From the human T2T-CHM13v2.0 reference genome, Homo sapiens, in the NCBI RefSeq assembly GCF_009914755.1, contig NC_060926.1: a stretch of DNA of 64,000 bases; one strand, given 5' to 3'. Below, one piece after another: positions 18,299 to 36,559 of this stretch (positions are counted from its first letter, which is position 1; each line of letters begins with the position of its first letter). The position numbers and the translations under genes were made by a program. The notes under the pieces are model-generated. The model was not told the DNA's origin. It saw only the letters and a program-made list of their open reading frames with translations, and searched no databases.

Positions 18299-18423
18299 AC
18301 GGGACTCTCACTTTGTTGCCCAGGCTGGTCTTGAACTCCTGGGCTCAAATAATCCTGCCCCTCTCATTCTCTCAAAGTGCTGGGATTACATGGGTTTACA
18401 GGGATAAGCCACAGTGCCCAGCC
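18106..18423 (-). mobile_element. AluJ, tail lost, (TG)n in the linker
   Basis: Both arms flank a TG microsatellite. Confidence 0.9.
18229..18294. repeat. (TG)n microsatellite
   Basis: About 30 TG units with two interruptions. Confidence 0.95.
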
Positions 18424-19537
18424 AATTTTTGTAAAATTTTAGTACATTTTAAAACTATAATACATTATTAGGTGCATACAAACACTTTTATCATCATTCT
18501 CTTGTGGCTACCCAAGAAATTACAGTATGCATCCTTAACTTATCCAATAATAGTAATCCAATAATAGTCATCTAATATTATTTGTATTTTTACTCTCTAC
18601 CTAGACAATTCCAGAATTGAAGGACCTCAATACACTACCTATATTTCTATGTGTGTGTTCATATACATATGTGTGTTCATATATACATATACACACACAC
18701 ATATATATATATATTCCTTCTTATTTTGCCACTGTTGTGGTATATTTAATTTTGTAGCTATTGCAAGTCACATAAGACATCATTATTATTGTTTACATTA
18801 CTCTTCATTTCTTCTCACATCTCTGACCTACTATTCTGGGATAGATTTTCTTCTACCTAAAGAACATTCTTTAGTGTTTCCTTTAGCGTGACTCTGCTGC
18901 TGTTAAGTTTTTGTTTAACAGAAAATGTCTTTATTTCACTGTCATTCTTGAAAGATGTGTTTGATGGGTACAGAATTCTATATTGGTGGTTATTTTCTGT
19001 TATCACCTTAAAAATTGTACTTCATTATCTTCTAGTTCTCATTGTTTCTGCTGAAAGGTCAGCTGTGAGTCAAGTTGTTGTTCCTTTGAAGATAATCAGT
19101 CTTTTTCCCTGACTGCTTTTAAGGTTTTCTCTTCCTTTGGTTTTTAGCATTTTTACTATAATGTGGTTCTTATTCATGTTTTCTTACTTTCTTGGTTATT
19201 TGTTTATTGCATGCTGGAAACTGCATTTGCAAAATTATTTGTAAAGATAATTGGAGGCCCAGGATAATATTCCATTCCTCCATAAAATAGTAATATAGTT
19301 ATATTTGCTGGGGGCATGAGTAAGTCAGGATCACTTTAATCCAACTTCAGAGCTGTAATTATTTGAAACTGGCCTGCAGTTCCTCTAAGAGCAGTTCACT
19401 CTCTGGTTCACTATCTCCTACAGTGCAGCTCTTTGTGATCCTAAGTCAAAGTGTAAGTGTGTTGAGGGGTAGATATTTAAGACTTCAACTTTTGTCCTGT
19501 TGGCCCCACACTGCTCAGCCTCACAGCTTCTTAGTTA

Positions 19538-19929
<392 letters not shown>

Positions 19930-20169
19930 CTACTCTCTTGCTACCTCTCCAATGCCTACAATAAGGTATATTTTTAATTTTGTCCTAATTTTCACGAGGA
20001 GGCCAATTTGAATCACCTATTTCTTTATTACTAAAAGCAAGTATCTTCTTCTATCCATTTGCCATCTTCCAGAAATACGTTGAAATCTGCCTTCCCTTGA
20101 TCAGTTCCTCTTCCAGTCTTATCACTATTTTGAGCTTATTCTCTTTCGTTCTTATTTATTATGATTAAA

Positions 20170-20305
20170 ATTACAGGCATGTACCACCAGAGCAGCCAAT
20201 TTTTAAATTTTGGTAGAGACAGAATCCCACTATGTTGCCCAAGCTGGTCTCAAACCTCTGGGCTCAAGCGATTCTCCTGCCTCAGCCTCCCAAAGTATTG
20301 GGATT
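20170..20305 (-). mobile_element. Alu/FLAM fragment
   Basis: ggtagagacagaatcccactatgttgcccaagctggtctc...cctcccaaagtattgggatta. Confidence 0.8.
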
Positions 20306-20319
20306 AAAGATGAAACTGA

Positions 20320-20719
<400 letters not shown>

Positions 20720-20767
20720 TAAAATTATTTTTAAGTAACTTAAAATCATTTGTTAATATTAGGATTC

Positions 20768-21065
<298 letters not shown>

Positions 21066-21231
21066 TAAATATTAGGATTTGAACTATTATTTTTATAACA
21101 ACTGTTTCGAAATATTATTCACATACCATGTAATTCCCCCTCTTACAGTAAAGCCATTGTACTTGGAACTGTTATTAAGAATAAATTATTTGTGCCATGC
21201 CTCATGACAATTCTTCAGATTCTACTGTGGG

Positions 21232-21760
<529 letters not shown>

Positions 21761-21896
21761 CTGGCACTCCATCAAGTAGGTCACCAAGACTGCTGGGCTA
21801 GCCCTTGGTGAGGTTTAGAGAAAGCCTTCCTGCTCCCACATTCTAAGCAGCCTTGTGTAACCGGAACAACTAAGTGCCCTGGAAAAGCCCAATTAG

Positions 21897-22264
<368 letters not shown>

Positions 22265-24136
22265 TGAATAGAGCATAGTCAAACTAAAAATAAAAGGTAA
22301 AACAGAAGAAGTAGACTGTGGGGAACTTTGAATGCTACAGTAAGTAGTTTGGACTCTATTTAGTAAACAAGAAGAAGCCAGGGGGGGATTTTGTTCAGAG
22401 GAATGCCATAAACAGAGCTGAAATTTGAAGAGGGCTTGTTGGCTGTTGTGTAAAGGGGAGAAGCAAGAGACAAGGAGATCAATTAGAAGATCAATTACAG
22501 ATCAATTAGTAAGCTAGAGTAATGATAGGGGAATAGAGAGGGACTTGAGACCAACACATGGTGCAAAGACATCACTTTACATACCGGAGGGCGTGGGCTA
22601 CAGAAGGAAGGGGTGGAGGAAGGACACATTAAAGATGATGCCATGCAGAAGAAATGGGTTGAGATGTGGCGCCACAGTTTTTTAACTGCGTGACTAGGAC
22701 AGTCACTTTAGTTTCCTGTGGCCTCAGACAACTCCAGAAACTTGGTGGCAGAAGGAAGGAAAGAAATGGAAAGGTAATTAAAGGGGGTTGTGGGATTGGC
22801 CAGATTTTCAGGGTGGAAATGATCAGAGACTGAAGAGAAGGATTAGGATTAAGATTTAGATTGACGATGGGAGGGATTAAATATTTTCTATGTTAATGAA
22901 CTAGATGAAGTTCAAGAGTGAAAAATCAGTATATTAATTGGACTTCACATTCTTATTAATCATTATAGTAGTCATCGAAAGATAGTTTGCTGAGGGCTGT
23001 GTTTGCTAATGTTGATTTATGGGATTTCATAATGTATTTATTACCAGTTCCTTGGTGACAGTTAACGTCACCTCCAACAGAAAAGCCAGTTATATCACAT
23101 ACACCGTTTTATAGATATTTCAAAGTTCAGAGACTATCCCTAAAGTAAATGTTTGGGTATTGCTTTTTTTTAATTGCATACGGTGCTGCTTTTCTATGTA
23201 GCTTTGACAGAATTACATTAATTTTCATCCTAAATCAAATTTGTGTGAAATGGACATTTTAAAGAGATACTGAGATATTTTCACTTAAATGTTTCTTTGT
23301 TTGTATCCATAACTAATTCATAATCTCGTATTTAATTATATGTGGTTCTTTGAATTATTTGATCCATGGAGGACCTCTAATAAAGTCACTAACTGGTTAT
23401 TGATCAAGTTAATTGGTTAAATGACTGAACGGGTCATCAATTCAGATTGTGTCTATGTGTAAAAACCAGTCTGACTGCTTTTACTGAAGTGTCCAGCCAA
23501 ATCAGGTTTTCATTATATTCCTGTTAAAAGTAGAAAAGGATTTTGTGCATTTACACATGATGCACATGAACCATCGACAACCTGTGAATATAGCGGGTGG
23601 TTGGGGCAGACACTATACTTATTTAATTGGGTAGTGCTTCCCACTTCCGTGAACCTCTGGTATTTACTGTTCTCCAAACCAGCTCCTTGGTTGATGACAG
23701 CAAAAAATGCTAGTTTTTGAGTCACGCAGAATGTTTTCTTCATTTCTATACTGTTAATATATTACTGGGCCACATATCATTCAAAACAAAAGGAGGGGAA
23801 CAAAAATAAAACCACAAAGACAAAACCCTTATTGCTACTCACCCTGCAATGTTAAAAGCAAAGAAACTATTCCGACCAACTAACATTTCCGTGACAACAC
23901 TAGACGGTTGGATGCCTCTTGCCAGATCAGTGTAGAGACATAAGTAATGCCATATCACTGCCCTATACACACAAAGGCTATGTTTTAGAACAGTAAGAAT
24001 CCTTAGAAAATACATAGGCCAATCCACTCCTTACAGGACAAGACAGAGATCCAGTGAGTCACTAACAGAGTCAAGAATCTAGGTTGATTTTTTCTGCATT
24101 CTGAGCTCGTTGGACCAAACTGCCAATAATATACTA

Positions 24137-24533
<397 letters not shown>

Positions 24534-24884
24534 TTAACTAATTCTCCCAATTTGTAAGATATTGATACCTGGCCTAATGCCTTGCAAGAACTCCACAGAT
24601 ATTTAGATGTAAACTGAGGACATCTAAGACCATTATTAAAATAAAAATATTTAACAAGAACTGGCCATTTCACTGGCATTCTCCCATGATGTACTGTCCA
24701 TACAGCTGTACATAGGTAAAAATTATAAATGGTAAACTCAGTAAAGCAATGTTACCTGACCATGGTCAGAGAGCTAGTAGGGAGGAGCAATGTGCAAATC
24801 CAAGTGGGTCAGATTCCTAAACCATGCTCCTTTCAGGAGCCAGGGAGCCTGTATTTCAGTGTCTTTAAGGAACGCTAATGGTTA

Positions 24885-25270
<386 letters not shown>

Positions 25271-25284
25271 TCATTTCTATCTGA

Positions 25285-25525
25285 GAATAACAATAACTGA
25301 TATGTATTGAGTACTTGTGTACCAAGCCCCGGCTTTACCCTATTGCTTCATTTAATCTTCACAAGTAACCTATTAGACAAATGTTTTCATCATTGTTAGT
25401 AACATTTTTACAAGAAACTGAGGTGTAGAGCAATTTAGTGACTCACCAAAGACCTCGCAATTTGCAGCAGGGATTTGAGCCTGGGCAGTGACTCCAGAGT
25501 CCTTAATTACTACTTTATGCTGCCA
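25285..25525 (-). mobile_element. MIR
   Basis: catttaatcttcacaag...gaaactgagg...gggatttgagcctgggcagtgactccagag. Confidence 0.75.
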
Positions 25526-26290
25526 TGTAGACACCTTCAGCCTCCATAAGAAGCCTACAGAAGGGGCCTGGTGGTGGTTCCATGAAGAAAGTTGTGGAGA
25601 CTCCAGATTGCTAAAGGTGCAATAGAGGCAGAGGTAGAAAGAAGTCTGAATCTTTTAGACAACTATTATTAATAGTTCACACAATTATCAAAGGTCTTGA
25701 GGCAGCATGGACTAGCCTTTACAGAGCCTTGCGGAGAAATTCCTGATCTCTTGGTGACAATTAACAAGGCAATGGGGGAAATGATGTGAGTCTTCTCTTT
25801 GGAGACCACTCACAGCCATCTTTTTTCCCAAAGAAGAATGCCTAAAATTATTCTTACAATCTATGCTTCAGTTGTACTTAGTTACTCGGATGAGTTATCT
25901 TTTGAGAGCTGGTCCTGAGACAATGAACCAATGAACTGGGATAAGCAAGTTTGTTGGGGATCTGTGGGCAATAAGAAGTCTGGGGCATGTACTGCAAAGG
26001 CAGATGGAGACACAAAGCAGGAAGAACGCTAAGAAGCAAAGAAAACCTGCAGGGATAAAGGAAAGCAGGAAAAACGGAAGACAATTTCTCTGTTAGTTCT
26101 GGCTGTAGTTCTGACATTCAGAAACTAAACTGAAAAACTCAGCCAGTTACCCAACTATTGTGCAGTATAACTAAATTAACAGTGTCTTTATTTTTGGTTA
26201 GCGATCATTTCTGCTTTCATTCAAAGAACATTCAGACCAAAAATTCAAGCATATAACTCATTGGGCTTCTCCCCAGCAACCCAATAGTAA

Positions 26291-27230
<940 letters not shown>

Positions 27231-27524
27231 ACTCCAAAGTGTCTTTTTATAGATAAAGTTTTATTGGCACACAGTCACACCCATTCATTTACATATTGTC
27301 CACAGCTGCTTTCACACTACAACAGTAGCGTTGAGTAGTTATGACAAAAACCTTATGGCCTACAAAGCCTAAAATATTTACTCTTGGCCCTTTACAGAAA
27401 AAGTTTGCCAACCCCTAGTCTAGACTACTAATGAGAGAAATGGAGGAAAAACTTTTTTCTAACAACTTTCTAACAATTTTGGGGGGAACGCCATATAAAT
27501 TTGGCTTAGTAAAAAAAGACTATT

Positions 27525-27700
27525 GGACCGCCCCCCAGAAAATTGTGCCAAAGAGTTTAGAAAAATAAATATACAATAAAAGTAAACACACACACACAAA
27601 ACAGCAAACTTGAGGTAACTATTTTGGATTGCAAACAGGATAAATTAAATGTTCAAACAATCTGATAAAATAACCACTTGGAAACCGAAAAAAAAAAAAA
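27525..27700 (+). pseudogene. Short 5'-truncated retrocopy of a transcript 3' end (source not identified)
   Basis: ~163-bp insert unlike Alu or L1, A13 tail at 27688-27700, TSD aaaaaaagact(a/c)tt at 27511-27524 and 27694-27707. Confidence 0.65.
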
Positions 27701-28601
27701 GACTCTTAGACTAGAAGCCTGATAATATGATTTTGTTGCCTTTTTTTAAGTTACAGGATTAATATTATATAAATGGGACTATAGAATATGAGCCAGTGAG
27801 GTTATCCTAACTACTGACTCCTGTATCAAGCAATAACTGTGGGAAGAGGGAAGACAGTGTGGAACGCTTCACAGCTCACCATGCAAGAGGAGAAAAAATG
27901 AGTGAAGGAGCCCAGAGGGAAAGAATGTTTTCAAAGCTATGGTTTCCTCATCTATTGAATAAGGGCACTGGGCTTCTCCCTGCGGCCTAGGATTAACTTC
28001 ACTGGCTTTTTGTGAATCACCACAAAAATCCCAAGATTTTATGTCCTGAAATCCAGCATCCTACATTCACTCCTGGATGTGGATGTCTTCTTGAACTATA
28101 CCATCAGGAATCATCAAACCACTGAAGCATCTATTCAGTACACTGGGATTCTCTGGTTACCTATTACTATTCCAACATCTTTAGTTTCCATATGTATAAT
28201 ATGTCTGAATGACTTAACAACTTCTAATTATTAGCAAATTCACATCTTTTCCCCAATATTAATACATGCAAGCCAGCTATCACAAGACACCATTCTCAGC
28301 CGAACACTACAGGATTCAAAACTTCTCTGAGGCCTCAGCATTATCTTATTAGCGACTAACCGCCGACTAACCTACACATTTTGAGTCAGGCTAGGAGTGA
28401 CTGATAACTGTCCGTGTGACTGGGTAGCTGTAGGTTCCTGACAATCATGGTAGGTAATCTTGTGACCAAAGAGCAGCTTAATTGAGATTTTAAAAACTGT
28501 CACAGCTCTCGGAAGAGGTGTAGATAGAAATTATCTGTGCGTCTCATATGTCTATATTATACAGCTAGGAATAAGGCTTGCGCCTATTAAAAATATATTC
28601 A

Positions 28602-28916
<315 letters not shown>

Positions 28917-29519
28917 TCATTTATTCCACGAATATATGCTGAATACCTACTTTATGCCAGGAATTGGGTTAAACTTATTATGTCTGCAACTGTAATCCTT
29001 ACATGATTTTGTGTTTCATTTTATCCCACATTCTTGCTAAAATAAGCCACACTACACAAGTTTTCCCTGATTTTTCTGATAAATATTGAGCTGTCCACTT
29101 GATGATATTTTCACACAAAAATCACAGGGAAGAAGCACTTCCTGCAAGGACATCAGAGGCAATACCCACTTTTTCTTGATGGCTTTGGCTCCAGGGGGTC
29201 AAAATATCCCATCATATTTAACCAATACGGTTCCCTCACTGATAGTGTCCACTTTTTCCATCCCATTTATAGCTAAAAAGGAGCCTGCCACTTTTAGCTC
29301 CAGGATATGTATGAGAAAGCCATAAGAATTCAAGAAAGGGATGGGGGAGATGGGGCGGGGGGCTGGTCACAGAAACCTGATCGTCCCTCTCAGCTTTGGA
29401 GGGCAGAGAGAAGTATTGGGGGCAGAAGCCACCTTTTCTTCTTCAGAAATAGGAGAGATGAGAGGAGGTTCTTGGGACCTGATCCAGGGCAGAAGGGGTA
29501 AAAATAGTGACTGCTAAGC

Positions 29520-29697
29520 CGATGATTTTCCAAGAGCCTCCCAGCTCAGTATATCAGAGCTGCCTGCAGTGCTCGGTACAGTAGACCTTTCCCTGGGCCC
29601 ACCCAGACCTGGAGAATCAGGGCCTCTGGAGTGGGGTGAGGGAAAGTCTATACGCCAAAGTGATTTCCATGCACAAAAAAGTATGAGAACCCCTGTT
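29520..29697. mobile_element. MER5-like relic
   Basis: ctgggcccacccagacctggagaatcag...aaagtatgagaacccctg. Confidence 0.5.
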
Positions 29698-30082
29698 GAA
29701 ATATTTATGAATTAATGTACAGGCCTTTAACTTTAAATTAACTAAAACATTGATTTAAACAAGTGTGGCTAATATTATAATGGAGTTTATTAAAACTCAA
29801 GCCCTTAAAGCACCATGATGAGTGACAGAAAATTACCTTGGAGTGGGTCTTTCTTCCCACCCTCTTCTCTCTAGCTTCCCTGTCTTTTCCCACCCCTCTC
29901 CCTTTCATCATATGGGAAGGGCTGTAGGACTAAAAACCAAGCAATAAAAGCAGCAGCAGCAGCAGCAACAACAAAGACTAAAGGCCAGATGCAGGGCAGG
30001 ACTAGGCATTAGCTCATGGCTAAGAAAGGTCGCTGAAAAAAGCAGAGAAGGCAAAACGTTTACATTTCTGTTGTAGACATTT

Positions 30083-30084
<2 letters not shown>

Positions 30085-30122
<38 letters not shown>
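30085..30122. repeat. (AT)19 microsatellite
   Basis: Perfect AT run. Confidence 0.95.
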
Positions 30123-30125
<3 letters not shown>

Positions 30126-30942
30126 ACATGTGATATATGTATATATCACATTCTATCTGTAAAGATTAACAAGACTGGCGAATTTATCCCTGAAATAGGA
30201 ATCTCCTTCCAAATTATCCCTGAAGCTAAACTTCTTAATAATGATTACAGATGATATATGCGATTATCCCTATTGCAAGAAGTAGTTTTCCTCAATCTCT
30301 CTATCCTGTTCTTGTGTTGCCTAAACAGACTGACACCCAGGGGTCCCTTTCTTCCTCATCCTGCTGCTCTCAGAAGCCTTTTGCTCCACTGACCACTCTT
30401 CTAACCTTGGGCAGGTTCTCTCTCCATCTTCTTAACTGAACTTTGTCCCCACACTCCTACGTATTCTGTGATGTTTTAGACAGAAAGATGAAATAAATAT
30501 CCTTGCCCTCCAGTCTCATGCCATCTACATGAGACAGTGATCAACTAAACCCAAATCAGATGGTCAATTCAACACAGCTCTTCCTGGCCACTCTTCAGCT
30601 TCTTCTCTTGCTCCTCTTTCTGCTCACCCTTTTAAGTTTGCAACTTTTCTCCTATGCCCTTTGATTTTCTCTAAACACTATCTTTCCCACACATCACTGA
30701 AAACATTTTGCTAATGAGAAATACTTCCTTTGCTATGTTAAACAAAAGGCATTTGATGATGAAGTCATTTTAAAATCTTAAATCATTTTTTAAGGTAAGT
30801 ACAAGTACCACCTGGGCTTTCAAGAAAGAAAATAGTTGACTTCAATAGTTGTTTTATTTTATGGGATAACCAAAACAGCTTTTAAATTGCACCAAAATAA
30901 TGGGGAGCGATGAATGAAAGAGCAGTATAAAAATACATGTTT

Positions 30943-31111
30943 AAGCCGAGTGTGGTTGTGCATGTCCACAGTCCTAGCTACTCACGAGGTGGAGGTAGGA
31001 GCTCCAGGAGCTCAAGACTGCAGTGAGCCATGATCCTAACACTGCACTCTAGCCTGGGTGACAGAGCAAGACCCTGTCTAAACAAAGAAACAAACAAACA
31101 AACAAAAAAAA
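30943..31111 (+). mobile_element. Alu right monomer (FRAM/AluJ)
   Basis: agccgagtgtggttgtgcatg...gcactctagcctgggtgacagagcaagacc. Confidence 0.85.
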
Positions 31112-31176
31112 CAGCTGAAGCACAGTCTTTCCTATTTCCCTCCTGATTATACTGAAAAATACATATTGGTGTCAAG

Positions 31177-31224
31177 ACAGATACGTACAGATAGATAGAT
31201 AGATAGATAGATAGACAGATAGAT
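31177..31224. repeat. (GATA)n tetranucleotide STR
   Basis: agatagat repeats with GACA interruptions. Confidence 0.9.
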
Positions 31225-31443
31225 AGATAGATAGATAGATAGATGGCAAAGTGAGAAAATTAAGTGAAGACTATGCAGGAACTAATTCATCAAGAGTTGT
31301 TGGTTAATACCTAATGGGGAAAAAACACTAGGAAGAATATGAGATCACACCATGTGGGAAGGCTGTCTGTACATTAATATTTTAATTCATGCCAAAAACA
31401 AAACTATATGAGAAAATGTTAAAATGCAGAGAATTTCTCCTTA

Positions 31444-31763
<320 letters not shown>

Positions 31764-32144
31764 GGTGAAAATAGCTCTCCAAGTGGGCAGAAAGGGGATA
31801 GAGAACACTTAAACATGTTATGTTACTATACAATAAATCAATCCTAACTTACCCATCCTAATGAAGGAAAATAGCAGCACATCAGTCCAGGGTGGCCAAC
31901 CAAAAATAGCATTACTATTAGACTTTTAATATATTTGAGTTACTCGTTTTAACAGGGATGGGGTTCTGTTCTGAGAATTCATCAGATCTCAAACCAATTA
32001 ACAAGAAAATATTTAGCGTGCTCTTTTTATGTGCAGAACACTCAACACAATGTCTGGAGTGTGGCAAAGACTTGGCACGGTATGGGATAGTTTAGAACAT
32101 CCCTTCACATTTACATAACATGTTTTCCAAAATGAATTTTTTTT

Positions 32145-32620
32145 ATCATTCATTCATTCATATACTCATTCATTCAATGAATCTCTGACCTATTATGTTC
32201 CAAGCACTGCTCTGGCCCTTGGAATACATCAGTAAACAAACAGATAAAAAGCTCTGCCTTCTCACTCCTGTGGAGCTTCAATTTAGGTTGGGGGGATGAC
32301 CGGTAAGCATAATGAAAAAATCAACTACATGGTGTGTCTAAAGTTGCCAGTTTGCTTCAGATAGCCTCAGACTGTAGACATTGCCCTGGCTCCTCTCATC
32401 CCAGGTTGATGACCCCTTTCACTCTCAGAAGGTCATATTTGATTAATAAATTGTATAGTCACTCTAAGTATGTTTGAAGTTAATAAGGATCATGGGAAGA
32501 AGGGAGAACAGAGGGTGGATTGCAATTTTAACAGGGTGGTCCAGGTGGGTCTGATCAGAGCAAGAGACATTTGAGCTAAGATTTGAAGGAGATGAGAGAA
32601 TTAGCCAGAAGAATATGACT
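32145..32620 (-). mobile_element. L2 3' fragment
   Basis: (TTCA)n end, acctattatgttccaagcactgctc, gacatttgagctaagatttgaagga. Confidence 0.75.
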
Positions 32621-32724
32621 TTAAAAGTCTACATCCTTATTATAAAACATTGAAATAATACCAAAGTGTAAAAAGTTACCTCTCTTTCTTCCCTACTTAA
32701 TTCTACTATTAAACAGTTTCTTTT

Positions 32725-33033
<309 letters not shown>

Positions 33034-33328
33034 TCATATTGCATACCATATGGCAGTTTTAAAAGCAACAACTTGTTATGAAAACATCACATTCTACATC
33101 TTAAATATATACAATTTTATTTTAAAATAAAATAAAATGATTTAAAAAAATTTATTACCTCTCTATCTAAATCAAATATGCTCTAGTAAAAGAAGGGAGT
33201 GGGGCATTCGGGGGGAAAGGATGGGGAGGAGGGAGAAAAGGCTTAAACTTTTCTTGGTAATGGAGTTTATGCTAAGACTCAATGCATCTTGCAGGCTACA
33301 GCAAGTTTCTGTAAAACATACAGAGATA

Positions 33329-33955
<627 letters not shown>

Positions 33956-33956
33956 A

Positions 33957-34326
<370 letters not shown>

Positions 34327-35350
34327 TCATCTCACTAGCAGTGAAATCAGCAAAGAAATATTTGAGAGATTTCACTAACACCATGAATGCATTGGATTCA
34401 TTTCTTTTCTTCACTGGGGTTCCCTTCTTTCTTTCCCCTGCAAACAGGGAGACGGTGGGTGTCATTGACATTATGTATGACTTTTTATTTTGTTTCTCCT
34501 CCTTCCTGACCCCTCCCCCACCCCATCTGAAGAGTGGGGCCATCATGATGTCACATTAAGCTAAGGGTATCCGTAAGGATAAAAGGCTGGGTGGGTACAA
34601 GGTCATGATTTATAATAGAAACACTTCTCCATGACCAGCATATTGTAAGCTCCACTTGATCAAGTTAATGTCGTGGCAAGTTACGTGTGTAATTTATTTC
34701 TTTGGGCGAAACTAGTCCTATAATAACGGTACACTTTATGTAAAATCTGTCAGCAGGCACTGAGTTAATAAAAAGACCATATCACCAAGACATTTATAGA
34801 ACCAGATTCAGTACATCTTAGTAATTGATTCTTCCTTTGGTGATTTATTATTACTGTGAAGGCATATGGACTGATACTGGGTGTTCAGAATGAAAAGTAA
34901 AAAGATTCAATCTAGAATCTGGACCTTATGGCCTACCGTGCACCAAGCATTATCTGGCCTTTTCTAAATAGTATCAGCATGTTCCCAAGTCTCTGGAGGA
35001 TGAAACACCCAGGCTGAAACCATCACTTGTCAGTCCTGAGTTTAGGGTATGTAGACATAGCTTAATACCATAACTCAGAAAGAAGAGGGGAAAGCCTTTA
35101 GCAAATAGGATAAATCCTTGTTAAGTTAGAGCTAATTACACAGCGTATATAAGACTTTCAGTGGTTTAAATTGAATTCCCTCTGAATTGTGAGGATCTTA
35201 TTCATGAATAAGAGTCTGATTAGCTTTAGTAGCTTTTCCAAAGTATGTGTTCAGGAAAATAAGACCTGCCCTCAGAGGCTGAGTCTAGCAACTCAGTCTC
35301 ATAAACGGATGTGTTTATTAGTTTGTAATGTAAGTCTATAAACTATAGCG

Positions 35351-35648
35351 TTTTTTGTTTTTGTTTTTGAGATAGGGTCTCACTCTGTTGTCCAGGTTGG
35401 AGTGTAGTGGTGCCATCACAGCTCACTGCAGCCTCGACCTCCTGGGCTCAGGTGATCCTCCTACCCAGCCTCCCGAGTAGTTGGGATTACGGGCACATGC
35501 CACCACGCCCAGCTAATTTTTCTATTTTTAGTACAGATGGGGTTTCGCCATGTTGCCCAGGCTGGTCTCAAACTCCTGGGCTCAAGTGATCTGCTTTGCC
35601 TAGGCCTCCCAAAGTGCTGGCATTTCAGGTGTGAGCCACCACTCCTAA
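35351..35648 (-). mobile_element. AluJ
   Basis: TSD-like taaacta(t/c)a(g/a)cgtttt. Confidence 0.95.
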
Positions 35649-36309
35649 ACTACAACGTTTTTATTAGTGAATTAATTTTTCTTACAATAGTCCATTTTAT
35701 ATCAGATGATAATATTTTATATTGAATAAAATATCCTTTTCTTTTTCAAAAATTGTATCATTTAGGCCTTCCACAAAGTCAGACTACCCATCCACAGCAC
35801 ACACACTCATTCTCAAGTAATGAAATTGAACTGCACTATTATCATTATGCAAAGCTATGTAAAATAACACAAGTGCGTTAGGATGTATTTCACCCAGCTT
35901 TTGTCTACAGGAAAACCTGAGAAAAAAATGAAATGGGTGTCTATCCCTAATTCCTAACAGTAAATGTCCTTGCCTTTGGACCTTTCTGTGTTCTTGGACA
36001 GAGAGATCAAGGTGAAAAATATCAAGGAGTAAGAACAGACAAGGCTAAGATGAAAGAAGTTTGCCAACCACCTGCCAGATGGGAAAATCCTTACAGTTCA
36101 TGAGCATCTGAATTTCCCAAGATTTTTTAGAGAGAGACATAAGTTATACATAGAAGATGAATTGCCTGAGCCTCTGAATCACAAACTCTCTAAGACCGCC
36201 TAATGTTATTTTTAAAAATGTATGAATACATACATCTTCATTTTTACTTTATAATCTGAGCTACAGAAAATTTACTACAGCATTATCACCCAGGCCTCAT
36301 TACCTCTTG

Positions 36310-36376
36310 GTTAATTAGCTAACATTTGTAAAGTGCTTTGAAGATGAAAAGCATCATATAAATACTAAGAATTATT
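36310..36376 (+). mobile_element. Ancient amniote SINE 3' tail (MIR1_Amn/AmnSINE-like)
   Basis: ttaattagctaacatttgtaaagtgctttgaagatgaaaagcatcatataaatactaagaattatt. Confidence 0.45.
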
Positions 36377-36559
36377 AAATAACATGAGGGGGAAATCATA
36401 AAATAGCTACATTGTTAACATTAATTTGTATTTTATCTGATTATCTTCTCCCTAGCATTTGACATTTAGGGCTGGACTATATATAAAGGCTGAGGAAGTT
36501 ACAATGTCTATTACAGCTGCGCTCAGGATTTCAACTAGCTCCAAATTAATACTTGCCAA

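Noticed and set aside
29950-29975. (CAG)5(CAA)n run
   Set aside because: Too short and not in an exon
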